Assembly (NCBI RefSeq): GCF_001194135.2
Contig: NC_068982.1
Coordinates: 75,563,534 to 75,627,533, forward strand
Source of the DNA: Octopus bimaculoides
Taxonomy: Eukaryota
Reading direction: 5' to 3'
Length of the DNA: 64,000 nt
In this document: positions 27,201 to 42,100 of the stretch, one piece after another
How positions within the stretch are numbered: the first letter of the stretch is position 1
Layout: every line of letters begins with the position of its first letter
The notes under the pieces: model-generated
Told to the model about the DNA's origin: nothing
The model's database searches: none
Seen by the model: only the letters and a program-made list of their open reading frames with translations
Translations under genes and position numbers: made by a program

Positions 27201-30200
27201 ATGATTTAATACATAGCTAGCAGAGTGTCAGCAAGATAAACAGTCGTCTATCATGAACAAATATAGTTTATGATACTATATCATCAACATTCAATGTCTA
27301 CTTTTCCATGCTTGCATGAATCAGACAATTTGTTGTGGCAAATTTTGTGGTTGGATATCCTTCCAGTCACCATTCTCTACTTGTTTCCAAGCAAGTCAAT
27401 ATTTTCCCATAACCAGACATTTTTTAAATTTTTGTTATTGTTGCAAAAGACTGGAAATGAACAACCTCATTGACACCTGTCATGTGGTGTCTAGAAAAGG
27501 GTACACACAGAAACGTGTGTGTGTTTAATGGGCTTCTTTTAACTTCTGTCGTCCAGAACCACTTGCAGGGTTTTGGTTGGCCTAAGGTGTTGTGCAGTGG
27601 GACAGAACCCAAGACAATATGCTTGGGAAATAAGCTTCTTAGCCACACAACCATGCCTATGTATTTGAATAAAGATGATATATAAAGGGATTTTGATTTA
27701 ATGAGTGATAAATAGAAGTAGTTTCAGAAATTTGAAATATACTTGCATTTTAGAATAAAACCCAAATTAAATTGCAGGAGCAGTATATTAAACTATACCA
27801 ATAGATGCAGGCATGGCTGTGAGGTCAAGAAGTACGCTTCCCTGTTGCATGGCTTTAGGCTTAGTTCCACTGTGTGAAAAATTGGTCAAGTGTCGTCTAT
27901 CATAACCTCAGGCTGAACAAAACCTTGTGAGTGGATTTAGTAGATGAAAACTAAAAGAATCCTCTGTATGTGTGTGTGTGTGTGTCTTGACATCATGTAA
28001 TAGTTGGAAATGAGTGTCACTGTTATAAAGTGTCATTCATTTGTAATCTTTCACAAAAACATGTCTAGCCTTGGGAAAATATCAACTTGCTTGGAAACAT
28101 GAAGGTTTGTTACAGGAAAGGTATCTGGTCAAAGAAAATCTGCCTCAATAAATTCCATCCAATCCATGCAAGCATAGAAAACTACACTTCTGTGTGGCTT
28201 CCGTGAGTACTCACAGAATCCAAACTAAGCCACACACAAGTACATGAACACACTCTCTCTCTTTCTCTGTCTCCTTTTCTCTCTCACATACATTTTTACT
28301 GGGATCCTTATAAATATAGACCCCATAAACTAGAAAACAGACATGAAATAGATAGCTCATGTCATTGATGTGGTAGCAAATGGTGACAAAAAACTCATGA
28401 CAAACCTAGCTGATTGAGTGAACTATTAATCAAACAATCAATTAGTTAATTGGTTAAATGGTTAACCAACTGCCTGATAATAATACAAAGTGAAATAGAG
28501 CCAGTGAATGGGTTTATTATTCGCATAATGAACCTCCTGAGATACAACAAAGATAATATTAAGTTTTCATGTGTAGTACAAACCCATAATTCTTATGTTT
28601 AAAAATCTGGAAAAAATAATATTTTTCATGACAAAACAGTAATAGTATTGGTTTCTAGGTTGTTGTGGGTTGAGTTCCTCTTTACATCCAGCCCTAAATA
28701 GTAGAAACTCACTCTCTGTTAATGTTCCAGGTTTACTTTAAGAAAATACAAACCCTACCTATAAACATTTCAAGCTAAAAACCAAACCGGTGTAGAGGGC
28801 TTATACTGAAGCCGGTTATAAAATAGGAATTAGGAAGCTCGAAGGTATTATAAACTAATATAAATACTATAAAGTGGCTCATGTTAGGAAGGGTATCCAA
28901 CCATAGAAACCATGCCAAAACTGAGTCATTAAAAGCAGAATGTGGTCTTCTGAGTTAACAGATTCTATCAAAACATCTGGCCCAATTCAGCATGGAAAGT
29001 GGATGTTATGATAATGACGATGATTTAATGCAATGATTTATTAAAAAAAATTATGTTAGCAGAGCTGATTACATGTTTTTTAGATCTGTCAGGTCCTGCT
29101 AGCACAACACAACATAGCATCATGGATATTAAAATGTGTTATTGTATTGAGGTTGAGGGTTGAATTTCAATTTAAAACTAGATGGCATTAAATGGATCAA
29201 GCATAAAATATAAATACAAAACATATGCAGTGTGAATTATTTTTTTTTTAAAGTTTAAACTTTGCACTTTCCAATTCCCTCAATGAATTATCCTTGATTA
29301 TGTTAGGGTTTCATTCTGTTTGGCAGAGTAAAATTTAACTTTTATTTAAAACTTTTACATTAGCTAGATGCATGGCTGTGTGGTTAAGAAGCTCACTTTG
29401 TAACCATGTTGTTTTGGGTTCAGTCTCACTGCATAGCACCATGGTTAAGTATTCTGTATACACCTTAACCTCAGGGCAACCATTGTCTTTTAAGTGAATT
29501 TGGTAAATAGGAACTGCATGAAAGTCTATTGTGTGTGTGTATATACACACATACTCATACATATATGTGTATGTTGGTCCCCCAATCACTGCTTGACAAT
29601 TGGCATTGGTTTGATTTTGTACTTAGCAGTTTAGCAAAAGAGACTGACAGAACAAGCATCAGATTTCAAAAAATAATTACTGGGGTCAATTTGTTCAACT
29701 AAAACCTTTCAAGACAGTAATCCAGTATGGCCATCAACACTGGATTAACTATTAAGCAAAATAAGCATATGCTTAGGGCATCAAGGGAAAGGAAGTACCA
29801 CAGAAATGGTAAATAGTTTATGACACAAACACTAGTTTATGACACAAAAACAATCACTTTAAACTTGCTGAAATGATATTCAGGATGCCTTATCTCTACT
29901 AAGTAAATATAGAAACAGATGTATTAAGTAAGATTAATTTTGAGGATCTGACCAAAGACTTAGCAATTAAAAAAGGTAGGAGAAAACTTTTCTAATGTAT
30001 ATAAAGTCAAAGTATACAAAAATAAGCATTATTTTCCATCTTACTCTTAGCATTGTTTCATTTTGAAAAATAGAGATGCATTTTTTTTTGGTTTATTATT
30101 GTTTACATTTTGAATTACATATATATGGGGGCATCAAAATTTTTTTTAAGTGCTTAGGGCTTCTATGGGTCTTAATCAGGCCCTGATGGCTGCAGTCTAT

Positions 30201-33200
30201 TGACAGACAAGTAGAAGAATAAAAAAACGTAATTTCACAATTCTTTTTTATTTTTCTGTGTGTGTTTGGAATAAGACATTAAAAAACATTGACTGTTGAG
30301 TAAATGACAGCAGAAATCCTTGCCCATCATTTAAAGTTTTTTTTAAAAAAAAGAAAAAAAAAAACACACGTGCGGTCGCAATATTATTACATATGTGAAG
30401 CAATTTAGAAAGTATTTCCACAGAAAAACAACGAAAATTAAATGAAACTTCTCCCAAATTATTAAACAGAAGAAAGGGTTACAGAATCACATAAAATAAG
30501 CAGGAAAGTTTAAACAAAACCAATTAAAAGAGGAGAGAGGTTTGTATTGCTGACAGTAAACATCAAATGCACTCATAATACAAGGTTTCAAAGCAAAAGC
30601 AAACACTAAGAGATGATCTATGCATCATGCTAGCAAGGGGAAAATTTGATGGAATAAATGGAAGCAATGAGCAGTGTACAGTTAGAGACATGAGAATATT
30701 AGTGGAGATGTGCTATTGTTGAAGACTAGAGTGAGTAGATGCAGCTAGAATCTTATCAAATATTTCTGCTCTTCAGTTCCAGAGCAGCCACATGATCACA
30801 GGGATATGACAGCAGTGCGCACTCACCATGATCTTTTCTCTGCACAACTTGTCTCTTTTCCTAACATCAGTTTTTTCAGCTTTCAATCTTTCAATTTCAA
30901 GTTCTTTGTTCTGTGAGAAATCACACATTATTTTGTTTTATCAAGTCTATTGGCTATAACAAATGCCCATTGAGTATTTAAACATTGCGAGTCAAATACT
31001 TTGCACCAACTACTGCAAGTTAATGCAACATTTAAACATCTGAATTATTTACAAAACCAACAAAGAGAGAGGTGTACATATAGCTGATGGATTCCCTTGG
31101 CTGTAAAGATGACCACTGGCACTGAAGTGCTTACAAACCTAAAAGCTTCAGAGACACGTTACAAATCTATAGACAATACTGATCAATTTGCTGTAGAAAA
31201 TTCCTATTAAAAAAAATAATAAAAATTTTAAGAATTGCTAATATTTTACAGATGAGTTTTAGGCTCCCTTAGCTATCAATTTTTGTGTGTTTCTATCTAT
31301 AGTTGATAAAGACAATGAAACTTAGAAATAAAGAATGTTTATATTAGCCCTTTTGATACCAACACCTTGAGACCACCACTTTCTACTTTAAAGTTACATA
31401 AGTTTAAACCTTGCCATCAAAATCTTTTGGGAATTTTGTTTCAGACTACCAGCTTAATAATAGCCAAGCCATTGTCCTAAATTCTTTAATATCTTCCAAA
31501 TTAATAAAAACAAACGCAATGTGTTCTAACAGAAATATGGTCACAAAAGGGTTAACAGAAAAATGAATATTTGCAGATTTTCAATTTATATTGACAGACA
31601 TACTGTAGATAGAAACCAAAACAATCCTACTTATGTTTATTGCTTTATTGGTGAATTTTGAATAATTATCAGGTATTTCTTGTTGAATTTTAGTGAATTT
31701 AATTATAATTATATGCATTTTCCTTACAGTCACACAGAAATTTATGTAACATATTGACAGCAGCCAATTGTGACAGCCCTTATCAACATCTTAAAATATA
31801 TTAAAGTATATTTGCTGCTAAATTAATGAACAAATTTGTAGCAACTCCATATTGTTAAAGAAGTTAAGTAATAATGATTTAAGAAAAATATTTTGAAGTT
31901 TCTAAATAAATTGTCCTCTATCACAAAGATGTTTATGGTGAGTGTAGACTGAACCATATTTACATTTCTAAGAGCTTTTTGGCTCCTTGCTTTGAAGGGG
32001 TGAGACCAATAAGTTACTAAAACTGAGGAACAAACAATTGCCAAATTTTCACTGGAAAGTGAAAGTTTGTTAAAACTGTTGTCCATATCACCATTGTCAC
32101 AAAGCCATCATGTGTAGGTTAGCGAAAAGCAGTTATACTACTGTGGCAACTAACATGTAGCTAATGAACAACATATAGTTACTAAATAACACAGAGCCAT
32201 TGAGTAACATATAGCTATCAACTACAATACAGCCAAAGCTTTCCTCTTCCAAAAGTCAATAAAATTAACAAGAGCAATATTTCCTATACTGTCCCATACC
32301 AAGCAATGTGACTTGATGCCCAAGTTAGAAATTCTTGTTTAAATGTACTCAGCTCCTAAGCATTTGCGAAAATGATACCAGTTTTACATACAGTCAGTCT
32401 TGCAATACTTGTTCATATATTTTCTACGAATTAACCCATCACTAATCATACAATAACATTATTTTGTCTCTTTATCACTACAATTCATCTACAGAAATTA
32501 TTGAAGTAAAAGTTGCTCAAACAGTATACACTGATCAAGATAATACTAACCTAACCTATGCTATCAGAAGTTCCCACAAAATATACAAATACAGAAAAAA
32601 AAAACTGGACAATTACTTCATTAGAGAGTGAGATGGTAGGGGTGTAGTGGAGATAACAGGAGCAGGTTGATGCATTATTGAGTGAATAAAGATGAGGTGG
32701 TATATCATCAAAAGATACTGACCAGAATGATAAATGAGAGAGAGGGAAGTTAGAGTTACATGTTAACTCAACTGATAAAAGAAGGTTGGATAATTTTTTT
32801 TGTTAATTTTAAAAATATGGATGTAATCTAAAATGTGGCAAATGTTTTCTCTCAAATAAGTGGACAATAAGCTGATACTGTATATTGCTGTGTCCATTAT
32901 TTTGTGGGCAGATACATGGGGTTCAAAATAATTTTGGACTTTTACTAAGAAAGCCAGGCTGGGGGGGGGGGGGGCAGTAACCCCACCACCTCCACCACCA
33001 CCACCATCTCCATATGCATGACTGGCAGGACATATTGAATGTAACATGCTATTGCCAATTGGAAAATTGTACAAACAAAATTTAAACGAAAATAAAGTCT
33101 TTGATGTAAAATTATTAACACACAAACATTCAAATGAAATAACAAGTCCCTTAAAAAAATATATATATTAGTAAAGCATGGGGAATGCTTAACTATTTGG

Positions 33201-36200
33201 ATAGGATATGGAAATTTAATCTTCTTTGAAAACTAAAATAGACTTCTTTAGAGCTGCAGCTGAATCTATTTTAGTTTATGATTCAATAACATGGACACTA
33301 ACAGCTCTCATGAAGAAAACACTGACTGGCACATCCATCAGATTGCTCTGTGCTGCTCTAACTTTATCATTGCATCAATACAACTGATAAAGAGCTACAC
33401 CAAGACATCCCATATATCACATAAACAATATGAAAGCACAGGCTGAAATTTATTGGGCACAGCTGGTGTCAAAAAATGGAGTTAGTGGCTGAAGTTCTTC
33501 TGTGGCAGCCTGTTCATTGTAAATGGAAAAAAGACCAGCAAAACACTACATCAACCAATTGTTAGAATACAGTAGATGCACTATCCAAGAGCTTTAAAAT
33601 GGCATAGATGGAAGATGTGTCAGCAATGCTGAGAAATTTTCTACCCATTAACTGAACTAACTATATATACACAGTGGACTCTCATCTGTCATAAATGACG
33701 GATTAGAGTTCAACAACTTGTTGCTGAACAATATGCAAAGATAATTTGTTTATAGTGACCAAATGTTTGTCCTGTACATTTGCTCACTCTCTCCATCAAA
33801 TTGACATTCCCTATACAGGTGCCAAACATCAGATGTTGAGGTGATTGCAGAGCAATTTGAAATGAAGTGTTTTGCTCAAGAACACAATGCATTGCCTGGT
33901 ATGGGAATCAAAACCATGATCTTGGAATTGTGACTGCAACATCCTAACCAATAGGCCATGGACGTGCGTGCACACACACACATTGGGGTTTATCAAAATC
34001 ATCAGAAATAATCTCCATGTTGGTCCCAGTTTCAAACTCTGTTGAGAAAAACCATTTGATTTTAAATTTTCATTGATTTAACTTCAAGAGCACTTTACCA
34101 AGATTTTGGGCAATTTATGATTTTTCAGTCAGTTTTACAACACAAATATCCATTAGCTAATTTAATTTTTTAACAAAATATTTAAATGAAATCATTCCCC
34201 AAATTTAAAACGTCAACAAAGCAAGATAATAGCATTTACTCCTATGTAAGTATGTATATTATATAGCATGTGTTAACAAGCAAATTTGCTAAAAATATCA
34301 AAGTTCACATTAAAACTCAGGAGAAAAATCACCTGTCAGAATTCACAAGGAAATGTATAGCTTAAAGAACTCTAACAATTAATGCAAATAAAATTAACAG
34401 AAAATCCTTGGTTAATGTATAGCAAAACTCACTTAAACATCCTTCTATAATTAAAATATTTTTTTTATAAAATAATTTTTTAAACTAAATTTCTTTTTTT
34501 TCTTGTTTCCACAACAACGATCAAAATACTTCATTGTTAAAATGAAAAGTATTTTGGCAGCAGCAGACATCTATTTTAGATACTTTGATTTCATACCACA
34601 ATGGCATAAAAAAAATAAAAATATGAAATAAAAACAAACATATCAACGAAGTCTGCAGTATTCAAAAAAATATAGATGGAGTGTAAAGTAGAGATTCTTC
34701 ATACATAAATAATAAATAATTTTAATGTGACTGACAATCAAAGCTAAAAGATAAATATGTTTTATCACATGGCTAATATCGAGCTGAGTCTGAGCTAAAA
34801 AGGGTGAAAAATTAACATCCATATGTAACAGTAAACAAAAACGTCTACATCATCAAAGTATTTTTCAACAAATTAAATCCCAAACAAAAGCCAGTCAATA
34901 AATCAATAATATATAAAGACTACTAGCCTCTATCCTTGATTTCAGATGTCTCTCATGGGATTCTCCAAGTTTTTCCTTCGATGAATAAGACCGCACTTCA
35001 TCTTTAAGTAGCTTGATAATAAAATATAGAAATGACAATAATTCAATCCAAAACTTCTTAGGAACAATAACTCAATAAAGAAATAGTTGCAAAATTCTAA
35101 AAATATTTTGATTTTATTTATACAAGCTCACAATATAGCATGCTGTACGAGTGTGTGTGTGTATGATACACACACACACATGATGTGCAGATATTTCTAC
35201 ACATACACAAGGGAATGACCTATAAACCTAGAAGTCTCTGTGGCACTTAAGTGTTCTTCAGTCCACAAGAGATGCCCCACCTCCCTCAAAATCAATGAAA
35301 CATTGATGCATGCTTTACTATCTGCATCAAGTCAACCACCACTGAAAATAGATTCCTGCACAGTTGTTTTTCTAAAAAGAATTGCTGCTACATTTTTGCA
35401 AAACCATACATCCACATTCAGCAACAAGTTTAGTGTTCAGGTACGGAGTCCATCAAGGATCAGTCCTCAACCCTCTTCTGCTCAGTATAGTATTCTAAGC
35501 TATAACAGAGGAGTTGCTCATGGAAATTATTATATGGTAATAGCTTAGTTATTGTAGATGAATCTATGAAAGAATTAGAGAAGAGATTCCAGACATGGAA
35601 ACGAAACATAGGATAGAGAGACCTCAAGGTAAACTTAGCAAAGCCTAAAGTGTCATTAGGCATGGCTGTGCGGTAAGATGCTTGTTTCCCAACCTCATGG
35701 TTTCAGGTTCAGCCCCACAATGTGACACCCTGGGAAATTGTCTTCTGCAATGGCCCCAGGCTGACCAAAGTCTTGTGAGTGGATTTACTAAAAAGAAAAA
35801 AGCCCTGTGTGTGTGCACGTTACTGTCTCTCTGCCTTGACATTGCGTGATAGTTGTAAGCAAGTGGGATCCATTTCCAATCTTCTATGAAAACAAGTCTG
35901 GCAACAGGGAAATATTACCTTACTTGGAAACAGGTGAGGATTGGCAACAGGAAGTGCATCTGGCCATAGAAAATCCAACTCAACAAATTCTATCTAATCC
36001 ATGCAAGAATGGAAAAGTGGATGTTAAAATGATGCTGAGAGAAGACAGGCCTGCATCACATATCAAAAAATTAACACAAAGATCCCTATCAAATACTTTG
36101 AGTTATGCTTTCAGCTTATCAATGGTTAAATGGAATTTATAAAGGAGATTCTCCAACAGGTGCAGGCATGGCTGTGTGATTAAGAAGCTTGCTTTGCCAC

Positions 36201-39107
36201 CATGTGGTTTTGGGTTTAATCCTGCTGCACAGCACCTTGGGCAAGTGTCTTCTACTATAGATCTGGGTGACTGATGCCTTGTGAAGAAATTTGGTAGATT
36301 GAAATTGTGTGGAAGCATATTATAGGCATGTAACTGTGTTTGCCCCCCTCCACTTGACAGCTGGTGTTGGTTTGTTTACATTCCCATAACAGTGGTTTGG
36401 CAAAAGAGATTAATGAAATAAGTACCAAACTTAAAAAAGAAAAGTATTGGTGTCAACTTATTTGACTAAAATACTTTAAAGTGGGGCCCTAGCATGGCTG
36501 CAGTCTAATGACTGTAACAAGTAAAAGGATAAAATCTACAACAATATGGTTAGCTAAAAGGATTTCAAATATCAACCTATCTGAATTAACCAAACTAATC
36601 AACTCGATGCATTCCCAATAATACTCTCCATTCATCTGACATGTATTTCTGGTGAAGTACATTGACATTAGCTAAAGTATCACCAGTAAATGTGGTTTCC
36701 TGCAATTTGATTATTAGACCAACCAAAGTTCACTAAAACTAATCAATCAACCAGTCAATCATCTTGTTCAAACTATTGATCTTTTATCAGTCAGTAATTT
36801 CAAGACAGTGATTTCAACACTTAAGCAGGAAGACTATGCCAATTGGGATTTTAATTCATTTAGATATTAAAACTGAAATTGTGTGAATGTTGGGAAATTA
36901 ATTGGAAAGTCAATGGTTTGTATGGGAATGTATCCTTTAGCTAAGACATTTTAACTCACAATGGCCCATCTAGCTAATTGGTAATAGGTACCTTGACGGT
37001 AAGTACAGCTCATTGCTTTATGATCTTTCAGAGATGAGTACAAGTTTTTTTATTGACCTGGAGAAAGCAACAGCAAATCACAAGTTTATTATTTATAAGA
37101 AAACCATGCAGATTTTTTCATCTACAAAGTCACCAGTAATCTTCAACAGAATAGTAGACTTTCAAGTCTATCAAAGAAGCAAACATACAACATAAAGACT
37201 TCCTTGACCAGCATCTAGTAATTAATGACTAGAGGTCAACAATTAATATTTACAAAGTATAAATCTGACAAGTTACACAGAATCAAAATGTAACAGAAAG
37301 ACCATAGGTTTTTCTGTTGCACTCTGCCACAAGTGATAATGGTGCTTTCATGTAGTTAATATTTTATTGCTTTGCTTCCAGTTGTTATGGTTTGGAATGG
37401 TACACACTATGTGTTTGCTGTTGAAACATTTATCAAAAATAGTAACAGGTAGAGTTTTTTTTTTTGTCACACTCTGTATCAAACATTGTACTAATGAAAT
37501 CCAACTAAATAAAAATAGTAGCTACATATGAATGTAAAAGAAAAATTTAAATATATACAGGTAAAAAATTGTATTCCTTTCCATTCACTAACAGAAACAA
37601 AAGATTGGTGCACTGCAATTATTTCCCTTATTGTTGAGACTAACCAATCAAATAAGAAATAATATAATCATGATGTTAATGTCCCTTTTCCAAGCTGGAC
37701 TGAGTTGGATGGTTTTTTATTGAGGTAGATTTTCTAAGGCTAGTTGGATGACCTTCATATCACCAATCCCCACACGTTTCCAAGCAAGGTAATATTTCAT
37801 AGTCACTAGACATTGTTTTTGCAGAATATTGGAAATGGGTAACAAGGAGAGACACACACAATCTATATATTAGGTCATCCCATAAATAATGCTGTTTTTT
37901 AATACTTATTTTATTTTTCAAAATTAAGATAAACAAAGCACTTTTTTAATCTAAAATATACTCTCTTTTATTTTCAATAATGCTCTTCCATCTATCTGGT
38001 AGACTTGTAAGGCCTCTCTTCCGAAATTCACTTGTCCGTGACAAAAAAATACTCCTCCAGTACTGTTCTGACCTCGTCTGCAGAATAAATGATAATCAGA
38101 TGGGGCAATGTCTGGCGAATATGATGGGTGGGGCATCGTTTCCCATTCAAACTGCTCCAGCCTTTGGAATGTCATCCTTGCTGTATGTGGCCGAGCATTA
38201 TTCTGATGGAAGAACACCTTTCATCTTGAAACCAAAGATAGTCATTTTCCTTCTAGCACTGACTTAAGCTGCTCAAGTTGCTTGCAATAGATCTTTATCA
38301 TTTGGTTTGGGGTTAAAAGTTCAAAGTGGACTAAACCTTTCATATCCCACCAAACAGATAACAACACCTTACGTGGGTGAAGACTTTCTTTAGCCTGGAG
38401 TGTTGGTGTTTCTCCTTTCCCTATCCACTGACTTCGGCGCTTGACATTTTTATAGAGAACCCATTTCTCATCACCAGTCACTATTTGGTCCCCAAAAAGT
38501 TCATTCGTAAAATGTGACAGCAATGAAGAGCACACATTCACTCTCTGCACACAATAACATTCAGAAAGTTTGATGAACCCACAGACACAATTTGCTGACT
38601 TTTCCAATGGCACACAGATGTCGATGAATGATTGAATGACCAAATCCAAACTTCTCTGCTACTTCAACAGTTACAATCGGATTTTGTTCCACCAGGGTTT
38701 TCAGGACATCCTCGTCGAGCTATACAAATGTTCCAGGATGAGACTTGTCTTCTAGGCTGTAGTTTCCAGCTTGAAATTTCTGGAACAACTGTTGACACTG
38801 GCTTATGCCTATTGTCTGATCCCCATATACTGCATTAATATTCCTGACACTTTTTGTTGCATTGTTGCCTTTATTAAACTCATAAAGCAAAATATGCCGA
38901 ATATGCTCCTTTGTCATTCCTATTATAGCTTTGAAAACATAACTGCTAAAATTGAACTGCACTCTTCAAAACTTGCACTAGGAATAAGGATAAGGTAAAA
39001 TTAATACCTGTGTTTATAGCAAGTTGATGCAGGTAGTTTATCCTGTCTCTCTCCAAATGAACTAAAGTTCATGCAATTGAAAAAAACCGTATTATTTATG
39101 GGATGAC

Positions 39108-39145
<38 letters not shown>

Positions 39146-42100
39146 CAGGGTATTCAGACTAAATTTGACAGTTTGCATAAAAGGTAAAGGAAAAACAATA
39201 TCCTATTCAAAAGTCAAAGTATTTTTGAAAGTTAAAAAAATCTCAACTAGATTATGGTTAGGGGAAAACAGTTTCCTCAAAGTAGTTGCCCTCAGCTTCC
39301 ACCATAGTCTCCTCAAGACAGCTCTGGAACTTGCTGCATGTGTTCCTTGCTGTGTCCTTGGGAAAATCTATGAACACTTCTTTGATCTTACTTGGCCACC
39401 AGTTTGGACTTGGAGTTGCAGGCAGAGTGGTTGGTGTCTTTCTCCACCTCATCCCACACACAGTAATCCATGGGATTACAATCAGGGGAATTAGGAGGCC
39501 AGAAATTGGGGTTGGTGAAGTAGTAGAAATTCTCCAAAAACCACTTCTGATTCTTTCCAGACGTATGGCCAGAAGCTGAATCCTGCTGCCACATATATGG
39601 CCTTCCAACAGCAACCCTCGCCAGCCAGGGTTTGACCACAATTTCCACAGCTGCTTCACATAGCCAACAGAATTGAGTCGAGGTCCTGTTCAAAGATGTG
39701 GGACACATGACACCATCTCATTGCAGGCACATCCAAAGACCATCACAATTTGGGGTAATTTGGTTTTCGTGATGTCTATGTCATGTTTACAGCCTTTACA
39801 GTGTTTTCAGAGCATTGAGTAGCAGTCATGATGTTGGCATTTTGATGCCAACACAAATCATCATGATACAGGGAACTCTTTTCCAATATTCAGATGGCTT
39901 CCAGTCTTCCATATCATCTAACTTTTTCTTGACTACAACTTTAATATTCATGCTCTCCAACACTGTTCACCAATACATCAAGCTGTTCCTGAAGAAAGGA
40001 GACATAAAAAAATCATCAAATTTAGTCTAAACACCCAGTGTATGCTTCTTTCAGTTTCTGTCTACCAATCCTGTCACAAGGCTTTGATCGGCTGTGGGCC
40101 ATTATAGATAACACTTGTCCATGGTGCCACACAGTGATATTGATCCTGAGACCATGTGGTAGAGAAGCAAACTTTTCAACCAAACAGCCACACCTGCACC
40201 TATAAAGCATTAAAACCCCAGAATATCTTTAAATCAAATCACCAATACTATATAATCCAGGTGTCTAGAAGACATGTATTAGGTTAGGTTACCTTAATTT
40301 AACTAATAAAAATACAGGAATAGATGAATAAATACTTTTATTTTCTCTTCCAATTGCTTTTCAGTTGCATCAGCCTGTTTGTCTTTCTTGTCCATCTGTT
40401 GTTCTAAATCCTAAAATAAAATATGAAATAATATAATTCAGAAGTCAACTTTTGTTTCAAATACAAAGCAGAATAAGAAATGTTTACTGACTTATTTGTC
40501 TATTATTTGGCAGCTATTACATGTCATTATTTCTACAGTCATTTTTTATATTAATGGATTTGTTGTATTACTGTTCATGGTCAGTAGTGAGTGACAAAAG
40601 CAATGAAAGTAAAGTGTAAAATATTGTTCAAAGCTGTTATTTTGGTATACAGTATAGACATCTATAACACATAGATGTTACACCTACACCTATATTGTAT
40701 CCACACACACACATAGCCAACATATATTACATTACATTTTCCTCCCAAAGTAAAAGTTAATGTCAGAAAATACAAATATATTTACAATGAGTTTCAGTTC
40801 ACTGAGCTGCTACTATAAAGCTGGGGTTTTTTTTCAGCATTCATTCATAACACAGACTCATTAATTGTCAATGGTAAAAAATATCTAAATATAAATGGTT
40901 AATGCAGCTCACTACTGCCAGACACAAAACATGCAATATAACGAATGTGTTTCATTAGTCTGTGTGCTAAAATACTATAAGTGAAACCTGAACGAAAGAA
41001 AATAGATAGAGTAGAGAAAGAGAGAGCTCTCCCAAACAATAACACTGACCACCACCATTGCTGTCACCATAATCCTCTCATGTCTGCTTTCAATGCTGGT
41101 GCTGACAAGATAGTTGAGCATTGTCTGAGTTAGCTCTAACTTGGGGTTATTGCTCTCTCAAGATGGGTTGGAGGACCCATGCCTGGCTCCTATGATCCAT
41201 TTTGACATGGCTTCTACAGCTGCATGCTCTTCCTGTACAGTGCAAGACTGCAGTCTTCACTAATCTGTTATCTCTCTTCATTCATGACAATGTAATCATG
41301 AGGATTACAAGCCTTTGGTTAGCCTGGGGTTATAGTAGAAGAAACTTGTCCAAGGTGCTACACAGTGGGAATGAACCTGAGACTATGTGTAAGGAAGCAA
41401 CTTCTTAACCACACAGTCACACCTGCAGCTTCCCTAATTTTCTTCTGAAATGTTGTCTGTTGTTTAAGAAACAACAGATAACACGTAAAGAAATTTGTTT
41501 GCCACCAAGGCAAATTCCTTCTCCCCTTATCAATCAGAAAGAAAAAACAAAACAAAAAAGAAGTTAACTTACTTTAATCCTCTCTTGAAGCTGAGCAACT
41601 TTGTTATCCAGTTGATGCTTTGTCATTTCATCATTTGAAACTTGGCTCTCTAAACCCTAAAATACAAAAACAGTTTATAACAGTGACAAATGGAAATTAT
41701 AATCTTTGCTGTAGTTTTTTGAAATTATGACTACCCCTATCTCAGTTTTCAAATTCATCTCTGCTTTCTGTGGTTTTTTTCTTGCTTCATATAAAGAAAA
41801 AGAATGGTCATCTAAATTGAATATTTCCAAAAAGAAATTATTTATAAGAAACTATATCTTCAAAAAGTAAGGTACAAAGTATTTAACCCTTTAGCATTTA
41901 AGCCAGCCATATCAGACCAAAATATTCTACCAGTTTTCATGTTGAAACTAGCTAGATCTGGTCTCTCACACCTACCCAACTATGTCATTGCAAAAATAAA
42001 CAGTCACATCATTGAAATCTTGAAGCTACAAGATAATGTATGATTAATTCAAAACAATGTGAATAAATAAGCATTACATTTGACAGAATAATCTGAATAC

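Noticed and set aside
20129-28329. Chain of three cryptic exons (28292-28329 phase 0/2, 23441-23500 phase 2/2, 20129-20183 phase 2/0) that together preserve frame
   Set aside because: The joined peptide ([20 protein letters not shown]...[12 protein letters not shown]) has AT-rich random composition. The flanking real exons already join seamlessly (REKIM|ELEQKL), and such sites are expected by chance in 15 kb.
31823-32340. Possible piggyBac-like transposase remnant ([14 protein letters not shown])
   Set aside because: Only a faint motif resemblance; no TTAA termini or TIRs were found.
36600-36700. Possible extra minus-strand exon ([14 protein letters not shown]...)
   Set aside because: Weak donor, no resemblance to the repeat, and the flanking exons join cleanly (EEKIK|NKELE).
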